From Chlorokybus atmophyticus (Eukaryota; Plantae; Mesostigma and Chlorokybus algae), in assembly GCA_009103225.1 (NCBI GenBank), contig RHPI01002090.1, positions 1,721,932-1,785,931 of the forward strand: DNA of 64,000 nt, given 5' to 3'. The position numbers were made by a program, and so were the translations under genes. Position 1 is the first letter of the stretch; the number at the start of each line of letters is the position of its first letter. A model generated the notes under the pieces. The model ran no database searches and was not told where the DNA came from. It was given only the letters and a program-made list of their open reading frames with translations. Positions 22,942-37,145 of the stretch are shown here, one piece after another.

Positions 22942-25900
22942 TCACTCAGGCGGGACGAGAATGGAGTAGCCCATCGCAAATGCCATGACAGCAGCCATGG
23001 CCATAAACACTGCGATGAGCAGCTTCCTCAGCCAGGGGGAGCTTGACAGCGCCGGTGCTGGCTTGGCGTGTGCTTCCTGTGCCAGCAGCGGCAACGACAC
23101 TGCATCTACGGCTGGTGCGGGAGGGATGTCGCTGTCGCCCGTTTCACCAATGCTGCGCCACAGCAGCGCACCCGGCACAAAGAAGACGAGGAAAACACCC
23201 ACGATTGCACCCATCACGCATATCGCCTGCACGGTTGCATGCACTGTCAGCCTTGCAGAAGTGTGATAAGACAGCTGCTTGTAGTACGCGTACTTGGCCA
23301 AGGGAGTGGAATGTAAGAGCAAAGACAATCGTGCCAGCATACAGTACGAAAGATTGCATCAAGTGGCGGTGTGTCGGCATGAAGCCGTCCACCATCATAG
23401 GCCAGCACCTGCACGTCATTTTGTTCCTGTCTCAACGCATGCCAATCTGCTGGCCTTCAAGCATTGCTTGTTTTGCATTACTTGGTTACGTGGCAGAGCA
23501 GATCATCAAGCGCTACGCGCCCCGGGAAGAGCTTGACTGGGTACGCCAATATTGCCATCTGCACCATGACATGCATGTAGCTGCAACTACCAGGCCTTTG
23601 AGAGGTGTTGCTTCCAACTCACCAATGCCAAACCGACTCGAGCAATGTTCTCTGGCAACCGGTCATACGGATAGCTCGCCAACACGTTGCTGCTGACGTT
23701 TGGGTACCGTACATATGCAAACCACCCGAACTGCAACATACACCAACACGTGGACAACCATGCACGTGTAGGTTAGCTGCACAACGTTTCAGTCATGTGT
23801 TGAAGTTGTTCTCCGAACTCATCCACATTCAAATTCGTATGACAGAAGGCATCATGCATTCACGTACCAACATTGCGAAGGCTGCCAAACCTATTGTTGA
23901 CATGCGCACAACCGACTCGAACGTCGTCAGCGCGGCTCTTTGCGTGCTGTAAGACTCGCAACCAAGCACGTTGCTGCTATACACCAACCGCGCCAGCTCC
24001 GAAAATGCTGGTAGCACCTGTTTTGGTGGTTGGATTGACGAAAGCAGTACAGGCGACGTTGTAATTCGGAGGATGTGTTACCTGTATATGCACGTTGAAC
24101 ACGAAGATTGCAATCGGCAAGCCTCTGATGGCGGAGAGGTCTGCGTTGAACCACACCAGCTGTGGCATGCCTTCCATCATGAGGGTCTGCACGCCTCTGT
24201 AGACAACGAGGACGCCAACGTATGCCACAACGATGGGTGACAGCAGGGAGGCAACAAGGGCGGAAAGGTGCAAAGAGCGCAGCAGAGACAGAGGCAGCAA
24301 TGGCACCGCGGCAGCCAGTACAGCGAAGCTGACATACAACAGCGTGTCGTATCAGTGCGCAACATACAAGAAACAGATGTGTATCAAAGCCGAGTAGCTG
24401 TTGCTGAGCAATTGAGCAACTGAGCAAGCCTGCCCAATGCGGAGTGCATGTTAATACTCTGCCAGTGATGACGTAAAACAATAGCACTGGTGCAACGTAC
24501 TTGCGGTTGAAGAGAGGGTTGGGCCCGAAGACTTCAAACAACAATGGCGGCAACATGTCTCCCAGGATGATGAGGTACGAAGTGCAGACGCCAAACAAGT
24601 ACACGACCACCACGAAGGACACCAGCAGACCAGCATAATGCCCCACCGCAGCCTGCACCAGCTCCTGCATGCATGGATTGCACGTGTGCAGCCAGCATAT
24701 CAACACCGGTTGTGCCATGAACGCATCACATAAAAGGACTGACCTCATATGAATGCGCATCGTACAGTTGGGCATCAACAACCAGCACGTGCGTTGTCAG
24801 GCATGTCAGCAAAGCGACTGCAATCGTTACGGCAACAGCGCCACCTACACCAATGACCCTGGCCAGGAAGCAAGCTGACTAGGACATCATGTTGTACCAC
24901 TCTTAGCACAAGCCTGATGGTGGCGCTGTGCGTGCGCTCACCTGAATATGTAAGGGTAAGACAGTATGCCCAAGCCCACCACCAGCGCCACACCAGTCTC
25001 AAAGCGGTGGAAGGCGGTCTGCGATTACAGGAGGAAAACGGATGTTACCAACTTTGACGAATGACCTTTAGAGATAAGTAGGACTTTGCAAGCATGAAGT
25101 TGCTGGGAACCACAATCAACCCTGCCAGTACTACGCGCCACTGGTCAGCGCACGCGGACACGTGTGCACGCGAGCAGCCCCCCCCCCCNNNNNNNNNNNN
25201 NNNNNNNNNNNNNNNNNNNNNNNNNNNNNNNNNNNNNNNNNNNNNNNNNNNNNNNNNNNNNNNNNNNNNNNNNNNNNNNNNNNNNNNNNNNNNNNNNNNN
25301 NNNNNNNNNNNNNNNNNNNNNNNNNNNNNNNNNNNNNNNNNNNNNNNNNNNNNNNNNNNNNNNCCCCCCCCCCCCCCCCCCCCCCCCTCTCCCCTTCCCG
25401 GGCTTCGTACCGTCTCAAGTTGTTTCGAAAGACACACTTGAATTGAACTAAGTATTATTTCCCTGCCGTCTGACCGGGCTAGCCTCCACACGCACTGTCA
25501 GATTGTTGAAGGTCAGATCTCCTCAACCAACAAGGCTGCTGTGACACATCCACAGCGTCATACTATGCCATGCGCTTGCCAACTTGTTGCAGCACGCTGC
25601 ACTGTCGGTGGCACAAAATGCTATCGTGCATATGCTCTAAGCTAAGTTGATGTACACTGCGCACTGCATGCGCACCCCTGCATGCCATGCAACATGCCGC
25701 ATGTCCAGCAACTTACAACACACGCTTTGAGTTGCTATACGCTGCTGCACAAGCTGCGCCGCACGCGTTGTCTCCTGTGCATGCGTCTATCGAGCTAACA
25801 AGCTTTGTCTTGTGGCAGTCTCGGTCAGCGCAAGACATGCCCGTACGTATGACACACCTTGGCCTACAACATAGGCAAAGCACCTTTGGGTTTGAGGATT

Positions 25901-26160
25901 GCAAGCAAAACCCGAGCCACCTATGCTAAGCAACAGAGCAAGCCACACACTTAGGCCTTGTTCACAGCCAGCAGCAACAGAAGTACCGTCGTCTGCCGGA
26001 AAGATTTCTTCCGAGACATCCTTGTGGACGTCCTCATGCTGCGCTTGGCGGCGTACAATAGGCGCACACGCTCTTGCTCCGCCTCCGAGCGGTTCTCCTC
26101 AGCCTCGAGCACAGGCGTTGCCGCCGACGGCGGCTCTGTTTGGCTTCCCTGACTCTCCAT
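22942..26160 (-). CDS. Amino acid transporter (AAAP/Aa_trans, AVT6/SLC38-like), multi-exon
   Basis: Spliced exons give GLGILSYPYIF, HSYEELVQAAVG, YLFGVCTSYLIILGDMLPPL, LLPLSLLRSLH, GLPIAIFVFNVH and ICVMGAIVGVFLVFFVPGALL. Multiple TM segments, GT-AG introns, stop at 22942. Confidence 0.85.
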
Positions 26161-27490
26161 AACAAAACCCTAGCTGACCAGCCAAACAGCAGCGCCACGC
26201 CTTTCAAGGCAACGTGCCACCCCACAGCATCCCAACCACAGCCACCAACGTAGCTCAGTAGCAGCACATCACGCATGCAGAAGACGAGCGAGCAAGCACC
26301 ATTTCAATGAGGTGAAACGCCGACCGTCGTACCAATCAAAGTGCATTGCCAGTGCGTTTGACACTGCTTCAATCACAACTAATGCCAGTCAGCACGCAAG
26401 CTTTTTGCCTTGCTGCGGTACTACAGGCGTTGCTCGGTGGGAGTGTGAGCAAGGACAGTGCTTGCAGCAAGAGGCTGTGCCATTGGCATTCGAAATAAGA
26501 GCCATGAACTCTAAGCTCATCTGTCAAAAGCATGCTCAACCCAGCATGCAGCCAGGCACAACCGTCGTCCCGCACACCCACCACCTCGCCGCCTCCGCCG
26601 CCTGCCAGTTCTGGCCCAAATTTGGCCCTGACATGCAGGAACTTCCAGATCATCAAAAGGAAGCTCTTTCAGCAATGAAACTGCCGTGTTGTGGGGAAGG
26701 CAAACAACTGCCGTTACGACCTTTCGTCAGGAATCCTGACTGCCTCAGGATTCTTGCAGATTCCGTCCACCGAGCCTCAACGTGCGTGGCAAAACATGAA
26801 ATGACGCTTGCGTGCAACGGCGTATTCCAGAACACGCACTGACGACTACCTACCACTCCGTCAGTAACCGTAGCATCAAATGGCGCCGGAGCAGATTGCG
26901 CCGCGCTGATTTGAAGGGGCGGGCGAACGCCCCTTTCAGTCAGGTGACATCCCCTTTCAGTCAGGTGGTGGGTCTGCTAGTGTTTCGTCCCTCCTCGGTC
27001 AGAAGCGAGCAGCCGTTCCCACGGCGTTTCGCCCAGGGGACGCTGTGCCATCGCTGCTCCACGCTGGGCCGTTTCCGTCGGATACCTGACCGCCTTGCAG
27101 CTTGCGTAGGCAATGTGTGCTGTCAACCGGCAGCGAGTCCGGTCATGGTAGTCGCTCAGTATCAATATGCATTGTATTGTAGGTCCGAAGCATTGCTGAG
27201 GTCCGACGCATGCTCAGCACACAAAACTGTAGGCCTGGTGACTCACCACTGGAGCCCACCAATTGGTGACTGACGACTGCCGTTCCAGCGAACCCCATTG
27301 GCGGGCCGCCACTAGCGAGAGCCCCGACACGGGTCCGTGCAGACAACGGACATTATGGATGTATTCGCAACATGAGTTGCTTCGACAAGTCAGTTACACC
27401 CCAGGCTGGGTGTAACAGCCGAGCTCCATACACTCTCTGGAGTATCACAACCATAACTGCCATTGTGTCATGGTACCTCCTTGAGTAATA

Positions 27491-27893
27491 CCGTATTTAC
27501 CGTATTTACCAGTTCGTAATGCCACCCCTTAAAAAGTAGTATGTTACCTTAACCCCTATAATGAGGGGTTTTTTATTTAAGGGGCACGTTAATTGCAAGG
27601 GGGCATCTGTAGTGGATGAAGATTGCGCTGACAAATGATATTGATACCCATCGTAATTGTATATGCAAAACGATTATGAGTGGAGTACTATATTGTGCTG
27701 AACGTGAAACTTCGTAATAAGAGGGTATATTATATGTGAAGGGGGTACGGTACAGCCTAACAGTGTGCCCCCTTTGAAAGTTCAAGGGGTATTATATAAG
27801 GGGGGAGGGCAAGGGGGGGGGGGGGGGGNNNNNNNNNNNNNGGGGGGGGGGGGAGGGGGGGGGGGGGGGGTGTCTGTGAACGGGTAAATACAT
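27491..27893. mobile_element. Tc1/mariner(pogo)-type MITE
   Basis: TA|CCGTATTTACC...GGTAAATACAT|TA: a decayed TIR with TA on both flanks. Internal CCCCTTTGAAAGTTCAAGGGG hairpin. Contains a small gap. Confidence 0.5.
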
Positions 27894-29909
27894 TATTGCC
27901 ATTATCGATACATATTTTTATGTGTATATGCAAAGATGTGTACATGTGTATACGATACATCCATTCCGCCACACACTCAGCCATTATTCAATCATTAATC
28001 GAGCAACTAGTTGCACGCAAGTCATGGCATATGAGTGATGACATAAGCCCTAAACCTCTTTATATATAAATTCGTTTTGATTGATTAAGCACACATAACC
28101 TTGTTACATCATGATTACGTGAAAGTCAACTCATGCATATATTAATGTAAGGTTACACGTTAAGCATGACACAATAATATGCTAATGTCACGCGCTTTGC
28201 TAATAAATCTTGCTTATAATATACATTAAATATATACACACTTATAACCATCAATTTATTCCAAATGGACTTCAAATGCGTACGCCGTATATATGCTTTG
28301 CACATGAGGGACCGCAGCTTAATAAAAACGGTTTAGAACCATAATGATATATTTGCTGCTTATTACATATATAGCTACCGCATCAGTAAGTTAATGCATA
28401 CAAATTATCCACTCAGCTCATGAATTTTCACTTGCTGTCTTCACAAACGATTGTAAATCAGAAAAACGGAATGCAATAGTGTGGCTCGCGCACGAGCAGT
28501 GTTGGTTTTGGCATAGACATGCGGCATTATAATATCAGCATAAGATCTGTCCATGCTGTGCCGATGTCATTAAAATTTGCCATGTGGATCAGACCAAATG
28601 GCATTGGCAAAGCATGCCATCGGTATGTCTGAATCATGCAGCAACCCCGTGTACCCACATATAAGAGCAGAGGATTAACTGGAGGCATCCTCAGTAAACT
28701 CAACTTTGCTGGCGTCACATGACACCTAGCACCACGAGTCTGTGCATAGCTAAAAAACGGCGGCACAGCATGCGCCCGGTGCAAATGTGCCACCTGAATG
28801 TGCATTAGAAAAGTACGGCTGTGTACTGACTGTCGACCGCTGAAGCTGCAAGCAGCCGCGACCACGCAAATGCAAACTCTCACATCAAAGCAGGCCGAAC
28901 CGGTCTATGTCTGGCCTTGACATTTTCGCAGCAGGTCGTATTCCTGAGCCGTGCGTTGAGAATACCAACTTGATATAGCGTATTGGCCGCTTCGTTGGTG
29001 TACTATGACTGCTGGTTCGACCAGTATACATGGTATGACCGGTTCAGCCGAACGACTAAGGGTTGGCTCAGGGTCTCCAGTTACGGTGTCCATGTCACGG
29101 AATTGCGGAAGGTCCCCGAGCAAGTACCAGCGCCCTTGCCACCCTGTGCAAATGGTTGTCCTGGCAGTGGGCCAGTCGCCAACTGCAGTTGAAGCCCTGC
29201 TACGGCCTATAACGACACTGTTGGGTGGCGTCAGCTCTGTCGCTTGCGCCGGTCGCCCTGTGCTGGAAGTCGTTCGAAGGAATCTGTTTGTGGCGGAGAT
29301 TTATGTGGACAGGAGGTCACATCATATTCCCACACATGCAGCAGCAGTCTGTCCCTTCGAAAGGGGCGCCTGCCTCCTGCGACAGACACCCGGTTGCCTC
29401 AATCACGTTGGGAACAACAACGACAGAAAAACTTTCCTTCCTTTCTTGTCGATTTGACTCTCAGAAAGAAAGATATCATGTGAGGTGAAACCCTCCAATG
29501 AGACCAGAGACGGCAGGCTGTCAACCGCCGGTTTCTGTGCTGGAGTGGCACGCCATGATGGCATCATGCTGTGAGTCACACAGCCTGTGACTCTAGCAGC
29601 ACCTTGTCCTAGGTTGTCTGTTTTCTTGTCTGTACACTTTCGAACATTGTTGATCTGCTTTCACATTATTTTTCCGCACCGTCTCTTTTTGTGTCGGATA
29701 GCGTAACTTGAATCTCTGATCCTGTTGCTCGCGAGGACGAGGGTCGAGGGCGTAACCGAGTGACGCCCGCATGCGTTTTAACTCCTCTGTGCGCCGCCCA
29801 GTCGCCTGAGTCATTGCCCGAGTTGCAAGCGACCTGCTGTTGCCCGGCGGCGGTGGCGGCGGCGGCGGCGGGGGAGCTGCCCCTGCCGTCGTCGTCGCGG
29901 TGGTGGTGG

Positions 29910-31572
29910 ATGGGGTCTCCGACGCTCGGTGATGGTGGCGGAGGAGCTGCGGAGTTAGGTGGCGGCGCCGGCGACGTGGAGGTGCTGGCGACGGTGGTGG
30001 GGAGGGGCACGGCGGGCGGCGCCGGCAGCAAGGCGGAGTACACTATCCCCGTGGAGGTGCTGCAGAGGCACTTCGCTTACACGCTGGATGAGACCGCCAA
30101 GCACTTTGGGGTGTGTCGGACGACGCTCAAACGCATATGCCGGCAGCATGGCATACCGCGCTGGCCCTGCCGTAAAATCAACAAGGTGAGAGTGACCCTT
30201 CAACAAGCTGCGCTGAGCTTCAGTTACCAGTTGAGCGCAGCTGTGGACTTAATTCTGGGACACGCTCACATACACTCATACGCTTGTTAAGCCAATTGAA
30301 AGTCCACACGTCGCTCAAACCAGCTGTCACACTACAGCATCGTAGCTCATTGCAATGCCATGCCATGCCAGTTGCACACTAAGCATTGGCGGAAAAGCTG
30401 CACAGGCAGCTTGCCATGTGTTACCGCAGTGCTAAGGTCACGTTTGACACACGCAAGCTACAATGTTGTGTTACCCGTTGAACAACAGGACGAACTGCAC
30501 GCGTAGTGGCTTGCTGAGGGTCTTTGGCTAGCTAGGTAGACACAGAGAGGCGACACTGAGGTATATCTATTGCTTCTGTGCTCTTCAGTTGACCAGGTCG
30601 CTGAAGAAGCTGCGCGGAGAGATGGGCTCGAGTGAAGTGATGGACACAACGGGCACGGTGGATGCGGTGGTGGTGGCGGGTCTGCCCATCTGCCATTACG
30701 GTGGCGTGTCGCAGCCGCGGTCCGCTGATCAAACGTCTCAGCCGTGCACGCCGCCGCTGGTCATCAGCGAGAGCCATCATCACCACTCGCCACACCAGCA
30801 CCTATCCCCCCCTTCCACACCTCCCGGCCAGGCCGACTCGGGGAGTGAGCGCTCGTGCGTGCAGCAGTCCGACGGGGTCGAGCTCTGCCGCCCACGCGCG
30901 GAGAAAGCCACGGCGCCCTCCCCTCGCTGCTGGCTTGAAGCTGGAGCAGACAGCAGCGACTGCCGGTTACAGACAGGTGCTTTTTCGCATAGCTTGCTGG
31001 AGAGTTGCCTTTTGTTGTGCTTGAAGCATGTCTTGACTGAGCCTCTTGTCTGCCTTGCAGGTCATGTAATCGCGTCGCAGCCAGCTGCTACGACTAGCCC
31101 TCGGCCGTGTCTTCTCAGGGTGGACACGCAGGCGAGTGCTCCGTCGGCTTTCAGTGCCCCACAGCTACATCAAGCCTTGCCCTCCATGCAGCAGCAGCAG
31201 CAGCAGCAGCCAGTATCATTGTCAAATTACACAAAGCCCCCACCGGAGCACGCATGTGTGCTGTGTGACGAGCGCGCGCGGACGATGGCGGTGGTCCCCT
31301 GCGGCCACGTGCTCGTGTGCACCGACTGCTCCCCGAGCTACAAGTCCCAGCGCTGCCTCGCGTGCTTTACCGACCGGCAGGAGCTGGTCTTGCTGCAAGA
31401 CTTGACACCAACGGGTCCCATCGCGTGCTACTCTTGCCAGGACGAGCGCGCGAACGTGGTTTTCAGACCCTGCGGGCACATGCGACTCTGCAGCAGCTGC
31501 GTCCCGCCCAACTGCAAAGGCTGCCCTTCGTGCGGCCTGAGTGCACAGAGCACCATCCTTGTTCGATATTAG
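29910..31572 (+). CDS. RWP-RK transcription factor with two C-terminal C3HC4 RING fingers
   Basis: Exon 1 ends in [42 protein letters not shown]; after an intron it continues LTRSLKKL. Probable 84-bp in-frame intron at 30977-31060. RING1 CVLC...CGH...CTDC...CLAC; RING2 CYSC...CGH...CSSC...CPSC. Start ATG is a best guess. Confidence 0.88.
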
Positions 31573-32250
31573 GCTTTGGCCATCAGCAGCCGTTAGCCAC
31601 TACGTAGCATACTACCATACCGTAGCACATGCGGCCGGCCACTTTTGGTGGCTAGACTCTTCTCTTCTCTCTCTTTCCACGTGTGTGTGTACAGGTACAC
31701 TCATCCGATCTATAGCGTAGCCTGCAGTCAACCCTACTAGTCATATGATATTCAGTTAAGCCCTTTCCCCTTTGGTGCGTTAGTGTACACCAACTTTTGG
31801 TGCTGTAAATCTGTACATTGGCTGCACCTGCAAAAACAATCGCTTTGGTGTTGATGTAGCTGGGCTTGATGTGTTGTGGTGTTGTACAGTATTTCTGCAT
31901 TGCTTGCCATGTGCTTAGTTGTACCAGGAGGCTGACAACGAGAAGAAAAATAAAGGTAGCTTGGTGCAGTATGCGCAGATCGCAAGTACACAAACACGTG
32001 CTGAAGGCACAGCCTGAGTAATTGGGAAGCTGTATTAAGACACCACAGCTCACAACTGTGTGCTGGGTGCTTAACTGCTAATCCTCATGTGTCTGTAATG
32101 GTTGTGCAATTTTGCGATGAGTTTCTTGCGCTCGACACCATCACACGTGAGAGCTCTTGCGAGGCCAAACAAGTGGATACAAGTGATACGTAGTGAATGG
32201 TGTATCTACATCTGGGTGAGACGGGTTACGACCTATCTTATTGACCCTCG

Positions 32251-35200
32251 CTAGTGCTTCCTTGGAGGCTTGCTGCGTCTCAGGTAACTCCTCAGCTGCG
32301 TTTTGGCTTCTTCCACTTCTTTCAACTTAGCAAGTAGCTCCAGCTCCTGCAACAAGGAGGTCAAGATAACACCATCCTTATGCATCCCAGCACACCACGC
32401 ATCAGCAACCAATGAACTTGCAGTGGCGCAAAACCTTCAGGCTGCCAGCATCAAGATGTTGATGTGATGACTGTCGCGACGGCTCTCGTTCGTCCATTGC
32501 TCCCCACCCGGCATCGTACCTCCGCTGCATCGACGACTGCTGGCGCTCGGCCCGGCTCAGCTTCTGAGACAGACTGTCTATCTGCGCCTGCAGCTCCTGC
32601 TTGCTGCGCAGAAGAGTCTCCTCACTGTCCAGCAGCACCGACACCTGCACCGCAGGACCACATGTACTCCCTGGCGATATTGTATTCGCGAAGGTATACC
32701 CACATGCAATAGGCCACACCCACGCACCTGTGCGGAGAGGTCGGCTGATCGTCTCTCCGCCGTCTGTTGGGCGGTTCTGAGCGCGCAAAGCTCTCTCTCT
32801 GCGGCTCCCGCACACTCCTCGAGTGCTGTGCGCGCGGCGTTGGCGTGCTCCAGCTGGAAGGCGAGGTCAGACACGCGAGCAGTCAGCCGGTCCACCTGCG
32901 TCTTGAGGTCGTGACGCTCAGACTCAAACTGCGCAACCAACGCCTTCGTCTCCTCCTTCCTGCGCGAGCATTCATGCAGGGTAAAACGGGCTAGGCGTGT
33001 GCTTGCTTTCCAACGGTCTAGTGTACGCACGCACCATTTGGCCAGCAGCTGCTCCTTCACGGATAATATCTGCTGCGCCTCCAAAGCAGACCGGTTGTAC
33101 AGAGTCACGGTTTGCTCCAAGCGCCCTGTCAGCGCCTTCACCTGGTCATCATGCAATGCAGTGCGTGTAAGGTTGTGCATGCGTGTGTGCGTGTGTGTGA
33201 GCAAGTGGCATGTTGTGACTCACACGAGATTCATTAAGGCCACCTGGGTGTCAGAGTGTTCCTGCAAGCGCGCGATCTCGTCCTCGGCGTTGCGCGCCTC
33301 GATCTCTGTGTGCCGCTGCAGCAGCATGTTCTTTTCCTGCACGTCCTCTACTATGGCCTGGTATATATGAGGGTCAATGTACACGTATGTGGTTGCAAGT
33401 GTTGTACCTCAGCCAGCAACTGGCCTTGCAGGCAATACCAACAAGCAATGCGTAATCACCAGCACACAAACGTACCTGGAGCTTGATGCAAGCGCGTTTC
33501 CGGTCGTTGAGGTCTTCGCACGCCTTCTGCAAATGCATGGCGAGCTCCTGCACCTGTTTCATCCCAATCGCCATGACATAATAGTCAACACGTTTCAAAC
33601 CATGACACGTAGTGCATACGTACCTGTCCGTTGATCATTGTGCGTTCCCGCTCCCACTCGTTCTGCGCCCGCCGCTGCTCCAACACAACGCTCTCGGCAT
33701 GCTCTCTCGCCTGCTCGGCCGCCCTTTCAGCCTCCTAACACACCACAAAGAAGAAAGGTTGAACACTTTGTCACGTGTAGTTGTGTGCAAGTGAAGGACT
33801 GTCCCTGCTTGTTGTTTCCCACCTCGATGCGTGCTTGTACAGAGGCCATCTGTTGGTCCGCAGCGGGTGGTCTGCGTGCATTAGCGAGCAGCGCCTCACG
33901 CATCTTCTCAGCCTCCAATGCCGCAGCACGCTTGTCGCGCGCAGCGCGCTCGGCAGATACCCTCAGCTCCTCAGCCAAACCTGCACAGAAGTAGAAGAGC
34001 GAGAGAGTTTTGCACAGTACAGCTCGGACCACCAACACCATCAGGATTGATAATTACCATCACCATGATAATGCTAGCGACAAGCTGATGTTGACAATGG
34101 TGTCGCACCATCACCATCATATAACACCATTGTCATCCTCATCTTCATCATGTTATGATGATGCTGATGACGTCTACGACAACGACAGCGACGTTAACTC
34201 TTCACCGTCGTCCACACGCACCTTCCAATTCAACAATGCGTCCTCTCATCCCCTCCTCCCTCTCCTTCCTTTCCTTCATTATCTCCCGCCTCTCCCTGCT
34301 CGCGCGTTCGTCGGCGTCCTTGCGCGCGGCCGCCAGACGCGACGCCAGGGACGACAGGACCGACTCAGCCTGGGAGGAGAGGAGGTCGTGGCGGGACTTG
34401 GAGGAGGAGGCCTCGTCACGCTGCGGGAGAGAGAGAGAGAGCGACACGCAAGAGGCAAGGTGTGTGACAATGCACATTGCGGTGAGAAAGAGACTGCGAT
34501 ATGCTGTAATAAGAAAGACTCAGGCAGCAGTCTCGAAGATGTGCTGTGAGATAGTGATGATTCATGCCCAGCTAAGATTGTACAGCAAAGCATAAGTAGT
34601 AGTAGTCCATTCTTACCAGCGCTAGAGCTTCCTGCATGCGTGCTTCTGTGTCCGCTTCATGCCGAGTCAGCTCCGCCACCCTTGCTTCAAGCGCAGTCAC
34701 AGTCTGAACAACAGCCCCCCCGTATCTCAGTGTTGCGCGGGTGACGCAATTGCAATGGCAAGCGCATGCTCGTTCAGCAACACCAACAAACCTGCTTGAG
34801 CTCCTGCTTGTCCCGCTGCGCCTCAGCTGCCTCGCGCATGGCGGCGTGTAGGCGGCTGCGCGCAATGTCCAGCTCCGAGCCTCTTGTCGCAGCGCTCTCA
34901 TTCGCCGCCTGTCAGCACCACATTGGTTTAGAGGTCTTTATGGTCACGATACAAACATACAAAGCACTCAAAACTCTCATTGAGCGGAACAAAGCTGTGC
35001 ATACACATACCATGGCATAACAACATGAATATGTCATACATGTCATACACGTGTACACATTGCGCTGCGCCATGCCATGCGCGCGCGCGCGCTTGCGTAC
35101 GCGCGCGCTAAGCACGATGATCACCCACTTGTGCACTCTTCATCGCCGCAGCCATCTCCATCCTCATCGTCTCCATTCCCCCCTTCATCTGCGCAGCTGA

Positions 35201-37145
35201 TTCAGCCGCCCCCCTCCTTTCCTCCTCCCTCTCCTCTCGTCCGCGCTCCACAGCAGACTCCGCCCCCGCCGCCCGCGCCGACAGACGCGCCACCTGCTCC
35301 CGCGCCTTCTGCAGCTGCGTCTCGCAATCGCGCTTCTCGGACTCCAACTCCGACAGGCCACGCTCGCCGTCCTCGAGACGGGCGAGGATGCTGCCGTACT
35401 CTTTACGCAGATGCACACCTGAATGATGGTCACTGTGTGTGTCCGTGCATGTACGCATGTGTAACAACTGATGGACTTGTGACTACTTGTTGCTCTGTAC
35501 CTTCCTGTGAGGCGGATTGCAAGCGTTCATGCAGTCGGTTGACTTCTTCATCCAGCGTCGTCTGCTGGCTGAGGAGGATCGCGTTCTCTTTGCGCAGAAG
35601 CTCCGTGCGCTCATGCTCCTCCTCTCTACATCAAGAGAGTGTGTTTCCTTGTGTCAAGAATTCCTGTTCACCCCCATTCAACAAACTACAACCACACATG
35701 CACGCACACGCACACGCACACGCGTACAGTTCCGGCAGCGTATGCGCCCGGTAGCTCGCATCCCTCTCACTTTCCATCCGCTCGACATCGGCAGCCAGCC
35801 TTGCCGACTCCGCCGCTGCGCTCTCTGCCGCCACACGCACGGCCTTCAGCTCGCTCTGTGTGGGAGGGGATACATATCACAAACACAACCACATGTTGGG
35901 GGAGATTGTGAGTGTCGGGGGAGTACCATGCTGGTTTGGAGCTGTGATTGTAGCTCGGCGGTGCGTCGGTCGTAGGCGGATAGCAAGGGCGCGAGCCAGG
36001 GCGTGTCTGGCAGCGAGGACGGCCAGCCCTCCTCGCCATCTCTGCTCCTGCAATGTTGGGTCACTTAGTATGCAATTATGTGCATGCGTGTGTGGGCGAT
36101 TGGGTGCTCCTTCCGACGTGCTGTCAGAGTGCATGCTTACCGCCAGCCAAAGTCCTCAGAAGGCGGCAGCGGACCATCCCTTGCTTGGTAGCGTGCGAGC
36201 TCCGCGGACAGCCTCCGTACTGCGGCCACAAAACCTTGATAAAACGCACACGGCAAGTACACGGAGCGTAAGTGTCTACAAACGCACGAGACGGAAACAT
36301 GACATGATCTTAGTATGGCAATCAGTAGGGCATTTACCATGCAGCGTTTCAAGCAGGCATATAGTGTTGAGCGTGCCATGCGTTGTGAGCTCATTGTTAA
36401 CCTCACAATCGCTGCACGCATCTGCTGGTCTGAATGCACTGGAGGGTCTACTCTTTGGCAAACCCTTTACCTGCATCCCCAGTGAGTGTGCGCGTCCGTG
36501 CAAGGTTACGCAACACAGTGCAGTCACTACCCCTACACAAAGCTTTTTCAACGAGAACGTGTCATTTTCATGATGATCGTGCACGGGATTGGTAACAAAC
36601 TACTGTGCGTGTGCCGTAAGAGACCGAGACACTGGGGATGGAAGGATGCACGGTATTGACTACACTACAACGTGTCCAAGTGGGCCGCAATCACGGCATC
36701 GTTGACTCCAGCAGGGCCCGTATACCATTTGTTAGAGATTTTTCGAACAAAAGACAGCTGCTATGGACGTCGCTAATAAACCTTGTTGGTGATCGTCCTT
36801 ATCAGCTGTGCATTCATGTCAACAGCTGCAAAGCACACATTAGAGCCAAAGACAATTCGGCCACCTTTCAAGTGGAGGGAGTCAAGGCCCTCAAAGCGCA
36901 CAGCAGGTGAGATACGAGGACCAGCAGGAAAGCCACGATGGTCACAGCACATAACACACGCCAAACCAGCCAAGCAACCAACAAACGAATTGCTAAACAA
37001 ACCAACTCGCCGGACTTAGGTAGGAATGCGCAACCCCACAACACATACTGTATCACCGCCAAGCAATATAATGCACAATAAATCCCGCTCATTCCAACTC
37101 TTTCTCGCCTGTGTCCTCGTGCACCCGCGCCGCCTGCTCGTCCAT
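32251..37145 (-). CDS. SCLT1: Long coiled-coil centriolar protein, SCLT1 (distal appendage)-like, >10 exons
   Basis: Spliced segments VRRLSAELARYQ, WLAPLLSAYDRRTAELQSQL and LLAKW|KEETKALVAQFE match, as I recall them, SCLT1 motifs NRRLNEDFRRYQ, FLAPLVTEYDKHLGELNGQL and NRWKEETKKL, in the same order. Confidence 0.68.

Noticed and set aside
27402-27480. Hairpin GTTACACCC...GGGTGTAAC followed by a TGTAACA...CATGGTAC stretch like the TRIM LTR
   Set aside because: Similarity is too weak, with no partner LTR, PBS, PPT or TSD.
33994-34240. His/Asp-rich ORF 34010-34549
   Set aside because: CAT/CAC/GAT microsatellite in an intron of the opposite-strand SCLT1-like gene.
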